A model generated the notes under the pieces. It had not been told where the DNA came from, searched no databases, and worked only from the letters and a program-made list of their open reading frames with translations. Positions 15,777-25,880 of a stretch of 64,000 nucleotides of DNA are shown here, one piece after another. The position numbers were made by a program, and so were the translations under genes. This DNA is from a candidate division WOR-3 bacterium (GTDB lineage Bacteria; Hydrothermota; 32-111), in contig JBBFKX010000002.1 in the NCBI GenBank assembly GCA_037481815.1, forward strand, positions 320,001 through 384,000, read 5' to 3'. Positions within the stretch are counted from its first letter, which is position 1. Each line of letters begins with the position of its first letter.

Positions 15777-18700
15777 TTATTTTATGAATAAGATTTTACC
15801 AGTAAACTCTTTTTTATTTTCATCAGACAACTTTACAAACAAGATTTTGGATGAAATTTTTCTGTTTGAAAGATCGACTGTATAACTGTTGATACCATTC
15901 TTTCCAATAATTTCAGTAGAGTAAAGTTGTCTACCAGCCACATCATAAATTTTCAAATTTATTTTTTCGTTATCTTTCGATGTAAATACAACACTTATTT
16001 TATTATTTTTAAAACTATTTTCAATAGATAAAAGTTTAAATTCCCTGTGATCCTCTAAAGAAAAATCCTCTATGTTCAACTTCATTTCAAAAAAGTCCAT
16101 TATTCTTCTTAGCCATCCACTCTTTGAACTGATCGAATCGTTGTCAACAATATTTCCAAATTCAATTGAGGATGCAACAGTTCTATATTTATCATTCTTG
16201 TATGAAACAACATAACCACCAAGACCATTATAGAAAACCTTTTTTGAGCCATTTATACTATCGATCAGATCATTGTACGATGTAGGAGTATAATTTAAAA
16301 CTATTCCTTCACCGATTGTTCCATCCGTTCCATAATATACTGAAGGTGAAGTTGATGTCCCATCACTTTTTGGGTTTACATTACACAAAGAGTTAAAATT
16401 GAAAGCGTTATTATACAAAGGATCCCAGTAAAATGCTTCACCACCTTCTATATAAAGTTTGATCTCTCCACTATTCAAAAGGGAATCAATCATTAAAGCA
16501 ACAGGATCATAGGATGGTATCACATAATTGTTTGGATATGAACCAAGTGTTAAAAACACAAAATTATAATTTTTTACATTCTGATATTCTATACTGGTTA
16601 AAAGATCTCCAGCATATCCCCATGATTTCAAAATTGAATCTATATAAAAACCACTGTTTGATGATTTTGCATAGTTGAGTACAAGATAATCTTTTTTGTT
16701 TATATATATCGTTTTAAAGAAAGTGTCTGTAAGTCCAAGTGTATCAGTATAAATAATGGTCAATTCAACAGTATATAGTGTATCCGGAGGTAAATCTTTC
16801 ACATATCCTTTAAATCCTGTCACAGAAAAAGTATCGTTACCATTTAAGTATGGTATATCAAAAGATTCAGGAATGACGGATAATTTATTTGTGTCATTGG
16901 AAATAATTGAAACTTTCAATTTTCTATCATTCTCATTCGAGTAGTTTTTCAATTTTACTATCAGATCAACAGTATCGTTAGAAAATACAGATGTATTTTT
17001 TGATATCACAAAAAGAGTTTCAATCTTTGTTTCTGGTGCATATATAAAAAATCTCTTCTTAGTATTTAAAGTTGAATCACCTGAAAAGAATTTGAAACCT
17101 AAAGAATCGTAGGTTCTGTTTTTAACATTGCCTTTTACTCTAAACAATATTGAGTTCAAAGATAAACAACTATCAGATGGTAGAATTGTACTTTTAAATT
17201 TAAAGATATTTGAATAGAGTTTTACATTTCCCGTGAAAACAAATACAGAACAGGATAAAGATAATAGAGGTTGAAGGCCCTTATTTTCAATCAATAAAGA
17301 AATATATCCCAAATCTGCTGAAGTAAAATTCCCATCGGGTTGATTGAAATAAAAGAGTGTGTCTTTGACGATTAACTTTTTGATTGATGGATAAAAGGTT
17401 GAATTTGAGATAACAGAATAGGAACTGTCAGGTTTATAATTATTTTTAAACGCATAAAATTTTATTGTATCCCCGGTTTCACCATAAAGGTAAAAAGTAA
17501 CTTTACCTGTCTCATCTGTTGTACCAACATCAATCAAAGAATCGTTTAAAATATAAGAAACTTTGGCATTTTTTACAGGTAGCCCTGTTGTCTTATTATA
17601 AACAAAAAGATCAAAATCATAATTTGAAGATGGTATCGTTGAAAAAACATCTATAAATAAAGAATCATAGTTTATATAAAATGTAAGAGTAGGATCACCC
17701 AGAAGGTTGTACTGCTCAAAATACCTTTTCCCAGTTGAAGGAAAAGCGTTCAAAACATTGAGTTTTGCAAAATAGATCAAATCAGAAAGATTAGTATAAT
17801 TTGAATCTATGTAGTAATCAAAAAATCTTCTTTCCATAATATCATCTTCATCCCAGTATGAATAAACTGAAGAACCCAAAAAAGCAATACTTTTCCCACT
17901 TTTCACCCATGTCTCTCCAAAACAATCTGAAGAGTAAGCATAATTTCCAGTAAGACATGCATAACTTGAAACAAAAGGTAACATCTCACCATTAGTTAAA
18001 CCTGTTATATCTGACTGATAAAAAGTTGGGCCTGCCCATGATGTGACACTTCCATGTCCTGAGTAAACAGCAAGGGATCTACCACTATTTATCGCAGTTG
18101 AAACAGGAGTTCCCGTTTCATTGTAATAGAACAACGAATCGATAACCATCAAGGAATCTCTGAGTTTCTCCATAACATAAAGATGTGTTGACTCAGCAAT
18201 CTGATGGAATGAAGCATCATCAGATGCCATAAAATAACCTTTTTTTGTCCAGTTGTTTGTGTTACTGAAAAGAGAGTTTTGATAATTAATGTTTTTTTCA
18301 ATTATTATTTTCAAAGTGGTTGTATCTGTTACAGAAAATCTTCCGATCCCAATATCAGGTAAAAAATCTGTTCCTTCAAGTGTTGTATAATAGAGATCTG
18401 TTGGTGGAAAATCTTCTTCTGTTCCGATATAGTTAGGAATAATGTTTACATCACCAACAAGCAGAACATATTCAAGTGGAACAATTGAATTGTTATAAAC
18501 ATTTAAAATACCATTTTTGATCTGCTCTTTTGTGTATCCAACTGTGTCCAAGAGGAGTACTTCAGTATAAAATCCCTGTTTGTTTTTCAATTTCATGAAA
18601 TTTTGTAAGTATGGTTTCATCGTTGAATTCACAACAAAAAGGATTTTGCTTTTCAACGAACTTTTCTGAATCTCTGGTTGCTCTAAAATATCTTTCAATT

Positions 18701-19247
18701 CAAACTCAATATTTTCATAATAAAAAAGTTTATTATCTTTTCTATCAAAGACAAGTGGATTAACTTCAATCTGATAAACAAATTGATCTTTTCTTTTTCC
18801 CAATAATTTCAAATCTATAACCCTATCGGGAAATTTCTCATTTGAATTGTAAAATTTTTCATCAATAAAAAATTGATTAATATCTTTAGATTTTACCACA
18901 GGTTTTTGTAAGGGATATATACCTTTTTCAGGAATTCTTATGTTTAGAATTTTTTGTTCACCAATCTTCACTTTCTTTAAATTAAGGTTTCCATCTTTCG
19001 AGTAAATTAAAAATCTATACGATGGAAGTTCTGGATATCCATATCTTGATGTTTTAAAACCATTCTTTACATCGATTTTTAAAAAACCATCTTTTAAAAA
19101 GTATTCAAAACTTTCAAGTTTTATAATATACTTGCTGCTTAGCTTTTCGATTTTAAATCCATTCTCAGAGGAATCTTTCATTTTAAAGGTTTCCGCAAAA
19201 ATTATAATCGAAAACAGGAAAATAAAAGCAGTAAAAAATTTTTTCAT
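15777..19247 (-). CDS. Gingipain-like C25 cysteine peptidase with propeptide and a T9SS-type C-terminal sorting domain
   Basis: Signal peptide; GYPELP propeptide; YVLLVGD, DIGIGRF, YSGHGS (His), YACLTG (Cys), YNLLGDP; CTD KIYDVAGRQL..KILFIK. Confidence 0.9.
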   Translation of the reverse strand: MKKFFTAFIFLFSIIIFAETFKMKDSSENGFKIEKLSSKYIIKLESFEYFLKDGFLKIDVKNGFKTSRYGYPELPSYRFLIYSKDGNLNLKKVKIGEQKILNIRIPEKGIYPLQKPVVKSKDINQFFIDEKFYNSNEKFPDRVIDLKLLGKRKDQFVYQIEVNPLVFDRKDNKLFYYENIEFELKDILEQPEIQKSSLKSKILFVVNSTMKPYLQNFMKLKNKQGFYTEVLLLDTVGYTKEQIKNGILNVYNNSIVPLEYVLLVGDVNIIPNYIGTEEDFPPTDLYYTTLEGTDFLPDIGIGRFSVTDTTTLKIIIEKNINYQNSLFSNTNNWTKKGYFMASDDASFHQIAESTHLYVMEKLRDSLMVIDSLFYYNETGTPVSTAINSGRSLAVYSGHGSVTSWAGPTFYQSDITGLTNGEMLPFVSSYACLTGNYAYSSDCFGETWVKSGKSIAFLGSSVYSYWDEDDIMERRFFDYYIDSNYTNLSDLIYFAKLNVLNAFPSTGKRYFEQYNLLGDPTLTFYINYDSLFIDVFSTIPSSNYDFDLFVYNKTTGLPVKNAKVSYILNDSLIDVGTTDETGKVTFYLYGETGDTIKFYAFKNNYKPDSSYSVISNSTFYPSIKKLIVKDTLFYFNQPDGNFTSADLGYISLLIENKGLQPLLSLSCSVFVFTGNVKLYSNIFKFKSTILPSDSCLSLNSILFRVKGNVKNRTYDSLGFKFFSGDSTLNTKKRFFIYAPETKIETLFVISKNTSVFSNDTVDLIVKLKNYSNENDRKLKVSIISNDTNKLSVIPESFDIPYLNGNDTFSVTGFKGYVKDLPPDTLYTVELTIIYTDTLGLTDTFFKTIYINKKDYLVLNYAKSSNSGFYIDSILKSWGYAGDLLTSIEYQNVKNYNFVFLTLGSYPNNYVIPSYDPVALMIDSLLNSGEIKLYIEGGEAFYWDPLYNNAFNFNSLCNVNPKSDGTSTSPSVYYGTDGTIGEGIVLNYTPTSYNDLIDSINGSKKVFYNGLGGYVVSYKNDKYRTVASSIEFGNIVDNDSISSKSGWLRRIMDFFEMKLNIEDFSLEDHREFKLLSIENSFKNNKISVVFTSKDNEKINLKIYDVAGRQLYSTEIIGKNGINSYTVDLSNRKISSKILFVKLSDENKKEFTGKILFIK

Positions 19248-19265
19248 TGTTTTCTCCTTTTTATA

Positions 19266-19327
19266 AATATAGTTTATAAGTTTTTTTAGTCAATACTATT
19301 GACTGTTAAAATATGTTATATTATAAC
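19266..19327. promoter_or_regulatory. Back-to-back divergent sigma70-like promoters
   Basis: Inverted repeat AGTCAATA-C-TATTGACT (19288-19304) gives TTGACT on both strands; TATAAC (+, 17-nt spacer) and TATATT (-, 16-nt spacer). Confidence 0.5.
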
Positions 19328-19347
19328 TTAATTTAAAAGGAGGTGGA

Positions 19348-19860
19348 ATGAAATATTTGTTTCTATTGATTATTTTTTCGTTAATTCTCGTTTCGTGTTC
19401 AATAGGTCCTGTATACGTTTACAATTACCAGCCAGTAGTAAAAATTCTTGCAGACACAACAGAGGTCACTTTTATCGTTCAGGATTTATCACCTGATGGT
19501 TGGTGGTCAGGTGATGGAGTTGATTCTCTGAATTTCAAAATACTACTATCTGAAATTAAAAAAGTTAAATCACATATTACGGATATTCAATTCAACATAG
19601 TAACCGAAACTTATGGCAACATTTTTGAAGATCGAATTTCATTTTTAACTCCGATTGAATTATCCGGTTCAAAATCTGATACTTTAACATTACCTTTATC
19701 AGTCAACGAACGAAGCGCTTATTATACCGATATCTCTGATGGAATAAACGATAATGTTGGAGAGGCAGCAATCATTATAAAAGCGATATATTATGACGAA
19801 TTTGGAAACAGTTATGAATCTCTTCCTTTCTATCTACCAATCAAAGTAATAAAACCATGA
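19348..19860 (+). CDS. Hypothetical lipoprotein, paralog 1
   Basis: Lipobox LVSC; AGGAGG RBS; motifs shared with the next two genes. Confidence 0.85.
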   Translation: MKYLFLLIIFSLILVSCSIGPVYVYNYQPVVKILADTTEVTFIVQDLSPDGWWSGDGVDSLNFKILLSEIKKVKSHITDIQFNIVTETYGNIFEDRISFLTPIELSGSKSDTLTLPLSVNERSAYYTDISDGINDNVGEAAIIIKAIYYDEFGNSYESLPFYLPIKVIKP

Positions 19861-19868
19861 GGTGAATT

Positions 19869-20375
19869 ATGAAAAAAATATTTTATATTTTATTTTTCAC
19901 AATTTTTCTTTCTTCCTGTTATACATCACCTACTTCGATAAAATATTATCAACCAATTTTGGATATAAGTATGAAAGACACTTTAAATTTTTCTATTCCA
20001 CTCGGTAACGATTCCATATGGAACTATGAGGATGTTGATTCAATATATGAAAATATAATAATATTTGAAAATCAGGGGTTGAACGCTTATATTACAGAAA
20101 TCGACTGGGAAATCTATGATTACACAAACAGAGTCAGAGAGAATTATAATAAAATATACCTAAACCCTGTAAAGATAGAAAAAAATTCATCTGACACGAT
20201 TTCTCTCCTTTTCTTTCTTTATGGTTCTTCTGCTTTAAGAATTGATCAAGAAGATGGAGTAGAAGATAATGTAGCTTATGGAACAATCCAGTTGAAAATT
20301 AAATATTATGATGATAATGGTATAACTTATACTTCAAAGATATTCTATAAAAATGTTAAAGCTGTTGTTGAATAA
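19869..20375 (+). CDS. Hypothetical lipoprotein, paralog 2
   Basis: Lipobox LSSC; YQP, DQEDGVEDNV and YYDDNG motifs. Confidence 0.85.
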   Translation: MKKIFYILFFTIFLSSCYTSPTSIKYYQPILDISMKDTLNFSIPLGNDSIWNYEDVDSIYENIIIFENQGLNAYITEIDWEIYDYTNRVRENYNKIYLNPVKIEKNSSDTISLLFFLYGSSALRIDQEDGVEDNVAYGTIQLKIKYYDDNGITYTSKIFYKNVKAVVE

Positions 20376-20391
20376 TTAAAGAGAGGTATCT

Positions 20392-20925
20392 ATGAAAAAA
20401 TTATTTTTCATAATTATTTTTGTAATATTGTTTATCTCCTGTTCTATAGGACCTGTTCCAGTTTATTACTCTCAACCGATAGTTTCACTTCTCGATGATA
20501 CACTTGAAGTTATTTTTTCTGTTTCAGACAAAGATTTATCTGGATGGAACCATTACAATCAAAACAACATTGGTTCAGATACCGCTTTTCTTTCAATAGA
20601 TGCATATGAAACAACAGGAGAAAAAAGTTTTATAGAAAGGATTGAGTACAGATTTTTAGTTGATGGTCAGATAGTCGAAAGAGATGATGTTTTTTATCCC
20701 ATACCTTTAGAAATAGAGGATAAAGATACAATTCATTTACCCGACCTTTTGATAGTTGTAAATGAACCTCTTGCTTATGAAATCGATATTCAGGATGGTT
20801 ATGCTGACAATGTTGGAACAGGAATACTTGAAACTAAAGTATATTATACAGATATCAAAGGAGAATCTTTCTCATCTATTCCAATAAGAAAAAGATTTAA
20901 AGTTATAAAACCTTTAACATATTGA
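20392..20925 (+). CDS. Hypothetical lipoprotein, paralog 3
   Basis: Lipobox FISC; CSIGPV, DIQDGYADNVG and KVIKP shared with paralog 1. Confidence 0.85.
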   Translation: MKKLFFIIIFVILFISCSIGPVPVYYSQPIVSLLDDTLEVIFSVSDKDLSGWNHYNQNNIGSDTAFLSIDAYETTGEKSFIERIEYRFLVDGQIVERDDVFYPIPLEIEDKDTIHLPDLLIVVNEPLAYEIDIQDGYADNVGTGILETKVYYTDIKGESFSSIPIRKRFKVIKPLTY

Positions 20926-20972
20926 CTTTTAAAGATTTATTGAATATGATTTTATCAAAGGAGGTATCAAAA

Positions 20973-21455
20973 ATGAAGAAAACTATTTTCTTTCTTTCAG
21001 TTATATTACTAATAACTTCCTGCACTCTATATGTACCCACACCTGATTTCACGATCACATGGATAGATCCTCTTGGAAGTGTTATAACATCAACAACAAC
21101 TGAAGTTCTTATTAACACAATAGATGTTGAAAACAACACTTCTTATGAAGCGATACTCGATAGAATCTCCTATGATTACATCTACAACGGTGATGTAATT
21201 TACGATGGACAGGACATCTGGAATATATACGCTTTACTTCCGCCAACAGTAATAGACACAGCAACTGGAGATCCTATAAAAGGAAAAGCAAGCATTGAAA
21301 ATATTCCGATCCCAGTTCCAGCATCAATTTATACCTATATGGATTCAAGAGATATTGAGGGAGTAACTCTGAGGATATATATAAGTGGAACCGATAATAT
21401 AAATAAAACAAAAAGAACAACAAAGTATGTAGATTACGGTATAGCAAAATATTAA
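20973..21455 (+). CDS. Hypothetical lipoprotein (divergent member of the array)
   Basis: ATG 20973 after AGGAGG; lipobox ITSC; similar size to paralogs 1-3. Confidence 0.8.
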   Translation: MKKTIFFLSVILLITSCTLYVPTPDFTITWIDPLGSVITSTTTEVLINTIDVENNTSYEAILDRISYDYIYNGDVIYDGQDIWNIYALLPPTVIDTATGDPIKGKASIENIPIPVPASIYTYMDSRDIEGVTLRIYISGTDNINKTKRTTKYVDYGIAKY

Positions 21456-21461
21456 ATTTAA

Positions 21462-21486
21462 AAGAGGGAGTTAAAAACTCCCTCTT
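21462..21486. terminator. Probable bidirectional terminator hairpin between convergent genes
   Basis: AAGAGGGAGTT-AAA-AACTCCCTCTT perfect stem. Confidence 0.65.
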
Positions 21487-23249
21487 AATTTTTCCTTAAC
21501 TCTTTTGACATTCTCTTTCAGTTTCAAATAATTGGAATCAACCATAAGACCATTTTCAAAACTTTCTTGAGCATTTTCATACGAACCAATAAGGTTATCA
21601 AGATGAACAGGTACAAAACCAAGAAAACCTGCTGAAAGGTAAAACAAAAGAAACTTTTCGGCAAAATATCCTTCTTCAAAATATGATGCCCCAAGATTAT
21701 TGTAAGCAAGAGATGAATTTGGAGAAATTTCCACTATCCTTCGCATCATCTCTCGTGATTTTAAACTCATTCCAAGATTTTTATAAGTCAAACCAAGATT
21801 GTAAAGAACCCTTACATTTTCAGGTTCGATATTTTTAGCTTTTTCAAGAAAATATAATGACTTTAAATAATCTCTTTTTGAAGCATACAAAGTCCCCAGA
21901 TTTATAAGAGAGTTCGTGTATAAAGAATCGAGTTCATAAGATTTTAAAAGATTTTTTTCAGCACCAGTGAAATCGCCTTCTTTCATAAAATAAAGTCCAA
22001 GGTTATTTGTTCCAACTACGGACTTTGGATTATTTTTAACAACATATGACCATAATGAGATCTCACTTCTAAAATTTGGAATATAAAGTAAAGTAAAGAT
22101 TAAAAAACAAAATGAATAAAGAACGAAAAAATACTTTCCAATATTTTTCAACTTTATATATATAAAATAAGAAAAAAGAACAAAAGAGAATGATGGTAAA
22201 AAAAGGTATCTATCTGCAAAAAGATTTAAAACCGGTATAAAATTTGATATAGGGATATAATTTATAACAAAAAATAAAAAAGAAAAAAGTATAAATTTTT
22301 CGTTTCTATATCTGCAAACAGAATAAATCAAAACTGAAAAAAGCAAAAGATTGAAGATAAAAAGTTTAATGTTGTTTTCAGAGATTGGAATATAATAGTC
22401 AACAACAAGTGGATATGGGATAAAAAGATTTTTGATATATCTCATGAAAATATATGGCTGGATTTTTAAAATATCTAAGTATGTAGCATCCCTTAGCATT
22501 CTATTTTCTTTAAAAAACTGATCCATATTTTTAAAATCTGGCATATAAAAACCAAAAATAAAACCAAAAAATAATATAAATATAAACGCCAATAAAATAG
22601 TTGAAAAAAATATCAGATAAAATTTTTTATCAACATTTTTTTCAAATATCCTGTCATATACAAAAAAAATGAAAGGCAAAACTACAGCGACTTCCTTTGA
22701 AAGAAGTGCTAAGAAAAAGAAAACAACAGAAAATATTCTTTTGTTTTCAACATGAAAATAGAAGGATAACATCGAAAATATGTAAAGAAAAAGTTCTTTT
22801 CTGTGGGTTATGATAAGAATGTTTTCAACATGAACTGGATGGAATGAAAATAAAAATACCGATAACAATGAAAAAACTCTGTTTTCCGTAATTTTATAAG
22901 TCAAGAATGATGTAAGAAAAATCGTTATAACATACAGGAAAAGATTTTCCAATCTATAAAAGATAACTTTCTCTTTAAAAAAGAATCTATCAAGAATTAT
23001 AGACAATTTTCTTATAGGTCTTTCTGACAATTTTATCGAAAAAATATCTTTTAAATCATCGACAGTATCATCTTCAAATATTGTTGGATAATCGTCAAAC
23101 TGAAAAGGATAATTTAAAGAAAACAGATAAGGAACAATTGAAATCAAAGAAATAATAAAAAGAAAAAAAATAAATTTTTTATTTGAAATTTCTGAAAAAC
23201 TCTTCTGTTTCTTTAGAGCACTCTTTCCAGCTTTTGAACCTTTGTTCAT
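21471..23249 (-). CDS. GT-C membrane glycosyltransferase with C-terminal TPRs (TMTC/PMT-like)
   Basis: FQFDDY acidic loop, RPI, FSFHPVHVE, LLSKE, FADRYLFLPS, multiple TM helices, TPR repeats (NNLG..; NLG..). Confidence 0.85.
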   Translation of the reverse strand: MNKGSKAGKSALKKQKSFSEISNKKFIFFLFIISLISIVPYLFSLNYPFQFDDYPTIFEDDTVDDLKDIFSIKLSERPIRKLSIILDRFFFKEKVIFYRLENLFLYVITIFLTSFLTYKITENRVFSLLSVFLFSFHPVHVENILIITHRKELFLYIFSMLSFYFHVENKRIFSVVFFFLALLSKEVAVVLPFIFFVYDRIFEKNVDKKFYLIFFSTILLAFIFILFFGFIFGFYMPDFKNMDQFFKENRMLRDATYLDILKIQPYIFMRYIKNLFIPYPLVVDYYIPISENNIKLFIFNLLLFSVLIYSVCRYRNEKFILFSFLFFVINYIPISNFIPVLNLFADRYLFLPSFSFVLFSYFIYIKLKNIGKYFFVLYSFCFLIFTLLYIPNFRSEISLWSYVVKNNPKSVVGTNNLGLYFMKEGDFTGAEKNLLKSYELDSLYTNSLINLGTLYASKRDYLKSLYFLEKAKNIEPENVRVLYNLGLTYKNLGMSLKSREMMRRIVEISPNSSLAYNNLGASYFEEGYFAEKFLLFYLSAGFLGFVPVHLDNLIGSYENAQESFENGLMVDSNYLKLKENVKRVKEKLRGSF

Positions 23250-24198
23250 ATTTTTTGTCTCCTTTGACTTTTTCTATTATTCTATCAAGATTTTCTTTAT
23301 ATGATAGGTCCATAATATAGTATATAGGTAAATCTTTATAAACCTCTCGATGAACTGGAATATCCATACATACAACTCTTTTTCCAAGAAACAATCCTTC
23401 AGCGACAGGTAAAGAAAAACCTTCCTCTCTTGAAAGATAGATTATAACAAAAGTATCATTTATGATTTTTTCAAATTCGTTGAATGGAAGATATCCTTTA
23501 AACTCGAATTCTTTAACCGCTTCTTTCAGAGTTTCATCATCAACTCTTCCAGTAATTAGAATTTTTTTATCTCTAAAGAATTCTTTTAAATCTTTTGCAA
23601 GTTTCAAAGCAAGTGTGATGTTTTTTCTTTCTTTTAAAGTGGAAGGTATCAAAATATATTCTTCTTTTTGATTTTCATATTTTTTGTATGTATCAAAACC
23701 GTTATAAATCACACTACTCTTTTTTGATTCTAAATTTCTAAATCTCTTTTTATAAATATCCATACAGTTTTTTGTTATAAAAATTACACCATCTGATCGT
23801 TTCGAAATAAGATTGTATTCGATTTTCCAATAATATCTTGTAAAAATATCCTCTTTTGAACTTCTCTTTTCAGGTATAAAATCATGTATGGTCGATACTG
23901 TTTTAAAAAATTTGATCATAGTTGAGTTCTGTTTTGGCAGATAAAAAAGGTCAATTTTATAAAAAAGACATATAAAAGGAAAAACAAACTGTTCATAAAA
24001 AAATTTTGTAACTCTGTTAAAAAATGGGATCCTTAAATATTCAAAATCATCTCTTCCAACAATCTCTTTGGCTTTTTTTTGATCTATCAAAACAAAATAT
24101 TTGTTCTCATGATCAGAAAAATTTTTCAAAATCATCGTTATATGTGTTGACACACCTCCACCTTTTGTAATCGAAGTTCCATCAATAAGTATTCTCAT
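23179..24198 (-). CDS. Glycosyltransferase family 4
   Basis: GGGVSTH, TIHDFIP, IYNG, RKN, EEGFSLPVAEG, DIPVHREV. Confidence 0.85.
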   Translation of the reverse strand: MRILIDGTSITKGGGVSTHITMILKNFSDHENKYFVLIDQKKAKEIVGRDDFEYLRIPFFNRVTKFFYEQFVFPFICLFYKIDLFYLPKQNSTMIKFFKTVSTIHDFIPEKRSSKEDIFTRYYWKIEYNLISKRSDGVIFITKNCMDIYKKRFRNLESKKSSVIYNGFDTYKKYENQKEEYILIPSTLKERKNITLALKLAKDLKEFFRDKKILITGRVDDETLKEAVKEFEFKGYLPFNEFEKIINDTFVIIYLSREEGFSLPVAEGLFLGKRVVCMDIPVHREVYKDLPIYYIMDLSYKENLDRIIEKVKGDKKYEQRFKSWKECSKETEEFFRNFK

Positions 24199-24988
24199 TT
24201 TTCTCCTTCATTTTTTTTATATTTTTGAAAAATTCATACCTTGCTCTAACAGGTGAAAAATTTTTTTGCATAAAGACCTGTAAAATCATTATAAATGGTT
24301 CAACAAAAATGAGAAACAATAAAAATAAAAAAATATTTTTAGAATCAAAATTTTTAAAAACAAAAAGCAATCGATTTCTTTGCAAAAAAAATCTTTTATC
24401 TTTTAAACCTGAAGATGAATGTTTATGGTAAACAACGAGATTTTCATCAAAACAGATTTTTTTAATCTTTTTTAACCTGACCGATAAATCAACATCTTCA
24501 TAATACATAAAATAATTTTCATCAAAACCTTTTAATCTTTCAAAGATCTCTCTTTTTATAATAAAAAACGAACCGGTAAGGTGGAGTTTTCTTTTATCAT
24601 ATTTTAGATCTCTGTTTAAAATGTTATAAAAAAGTATAATTTTTGAACCAAGAGATTCAACATCTTTTGTATAAAAATTTTTTACTAGTGGAACAACAAC
24701 ATCATCTTGGATATTCTTTACCCTTTTAAAAAAATCTTCATCAAAATTTATGTCATCGTTTGTAATTATAAGGTATTCATTTTTAGAAAACTTTGAAGCA
24801 TAGTTGATCGCCTGACCATAGCCAGCACCAAAGAGTTTTAAAACTTTTATTCTTTCATCTTTCAGATTGAAATCTTTATCTTGAGTTAAAACAAGTATAA
24901 CATCTCCAATATTTTCCTTTAAATAGGATTTTATCTGTTCTTCATAAGTATCAAAATAAACTGGAACGACTAGAGAAAACTTATTCAT
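24182..24988 (-). CDS. Glycosyltransferase family 2
   Basis: GYGQAIN, ITNDD, GFDENYFMYYEDVDL, YHKHSSS. Confidence 0.85.
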   Translation of the reverse strand: MNKFSLVVPVYFDTYEEQIKSYLKENIGDVILVLTQDKDFNLKDERIKVLKLFGAGYGQAINYASKFSKNEYLIITNDDINFDEDFFKRVKNIQDDVVVPLVKNFYTKDVESLGSKIILFYNILNRDLKYDKRKLHLTGSFFIIKREIFERLKGFDENYFMYYEDVDLSVRLKKIKKICFDENLVVYHKHSSSGLKDKRFFLQRNRLLFVFKNFDSKNIFLFLLFLIFVEPFIMILQVFMQKNFSPVRARYEFFKNIKKMKEKNENTY

Positions 24989-25880
24989 ATCTTTTGATAC
25001 CTTTCAAACTCAAAAAACCAAAAATTAAACCTTTCACATAAAAAGAAAATTTTTTTGTTTTATTTATATGAAAAAGGATTGAAATTAAAGTTCCTGAAAC
25101 AAATGATAGCCAGTTTTTCAAAGATAAAATTTTATAGTTTTTAAAATATAAAAAAACTCTGTTTCTACCTTCCCAGAACACTTTTTTCGGAGAATATTCA
25201 TCCATCCTGTTTTCCAGTTTCGTTGTTCCCGAAATAAAATGATATCCAACAGTATCAGGTGTAAAAAGTATTTTATATCCATATTTTTTTAACCTCAAAG
25301 AGAAATCAACATCTTCAAAGTACATGAAAAATCTTTCATCAAGCATTCCCGCTCTAACAAAATAATCTTTTGCAAAATAACATATTGACATTGAAAACCC
25401 TTCAACATCTTTTTTGATAATTTTGGTTTCACTTATTTTTTTACCATGAAGTATTTTGTAAGGTCTTATGAAATTTCCAACATCGTCTCCTGCAGAATCA
25501 ACAAATTCCCCATTATAATCTAAAACCAGGGGAGCAAAAAAATGATAATCTCTATTTTGATTCATGTTTTCTATACAATTTTTTATAAAATTTTTTTCAA
25601 GATAAACATCGTTATTCAAAAGTATAAGATTTTCAAACTTTGATTGTTTCACTCCAAGGTTTACAGCGAAACTAAAACCTCTGTTCTCCAACAATCTAAA
25701 GAGTGTTACATTCTTTAAATTTTTTAAAAGATACAAATAACTTTTATCAGAACTGTGATTATCAACAATTACAACTTCAGAATAGGGATAGGTCTGTTGA
25801 TTCAAAGAAACAACAAGTTTTTCAACAAACTTATCTCCATTGTAGTTTATGATAATAATAGAAACATTATTGTTTAACAA
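24981..25880 (-). CDS. Glycosyltransferase family 2
   Basis: SIIIINYNG, VDNHSSD, NRGFSFAVN, LLNND, LDERFFMYFEDVD. Confidence 0.9.
   Translation of the reverse strand: MLNNNVSIIIINYNGDKFVEKLVVSLNQQTYPYSEVVIVDNHSSDKSYLYLLKNLKNVTLFRLLENRGFSFAVNLGVKQSKFENLILLNNDVYLEKNFIKNCIENMNQNRDYHFFAPLVLDYNGEFVDSAGDDVGNFIRPYKILHGKKISETKIIKKDVEGFSMSICYFAKDYFVRAGMLDERFFMYFEDVDFSLRLKKYGYKILFTPDTVGYHFISGTTKLENRMDEYSPKKVFWEGRNRVFLYFKNYKILSLKNWLSFVSGTLISILFHINKTKKFSFYVKGLIFGFLSLKGIKRYE

Noticed and set aside
15703..15885. 60-aa ORF MGGFEPPTRALRKRCSTTEP
   Set aside because: Typical translation of a tRNA antisense strand
23179..23249. 71-nt overlap between the GT4 and GT-C genes, and 53-nt thiE/thiC overlap at 5286-5338
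   Set aside because: Both downstream genes have SD-backed ATGs; overlaps like these are ordinary in compact operons
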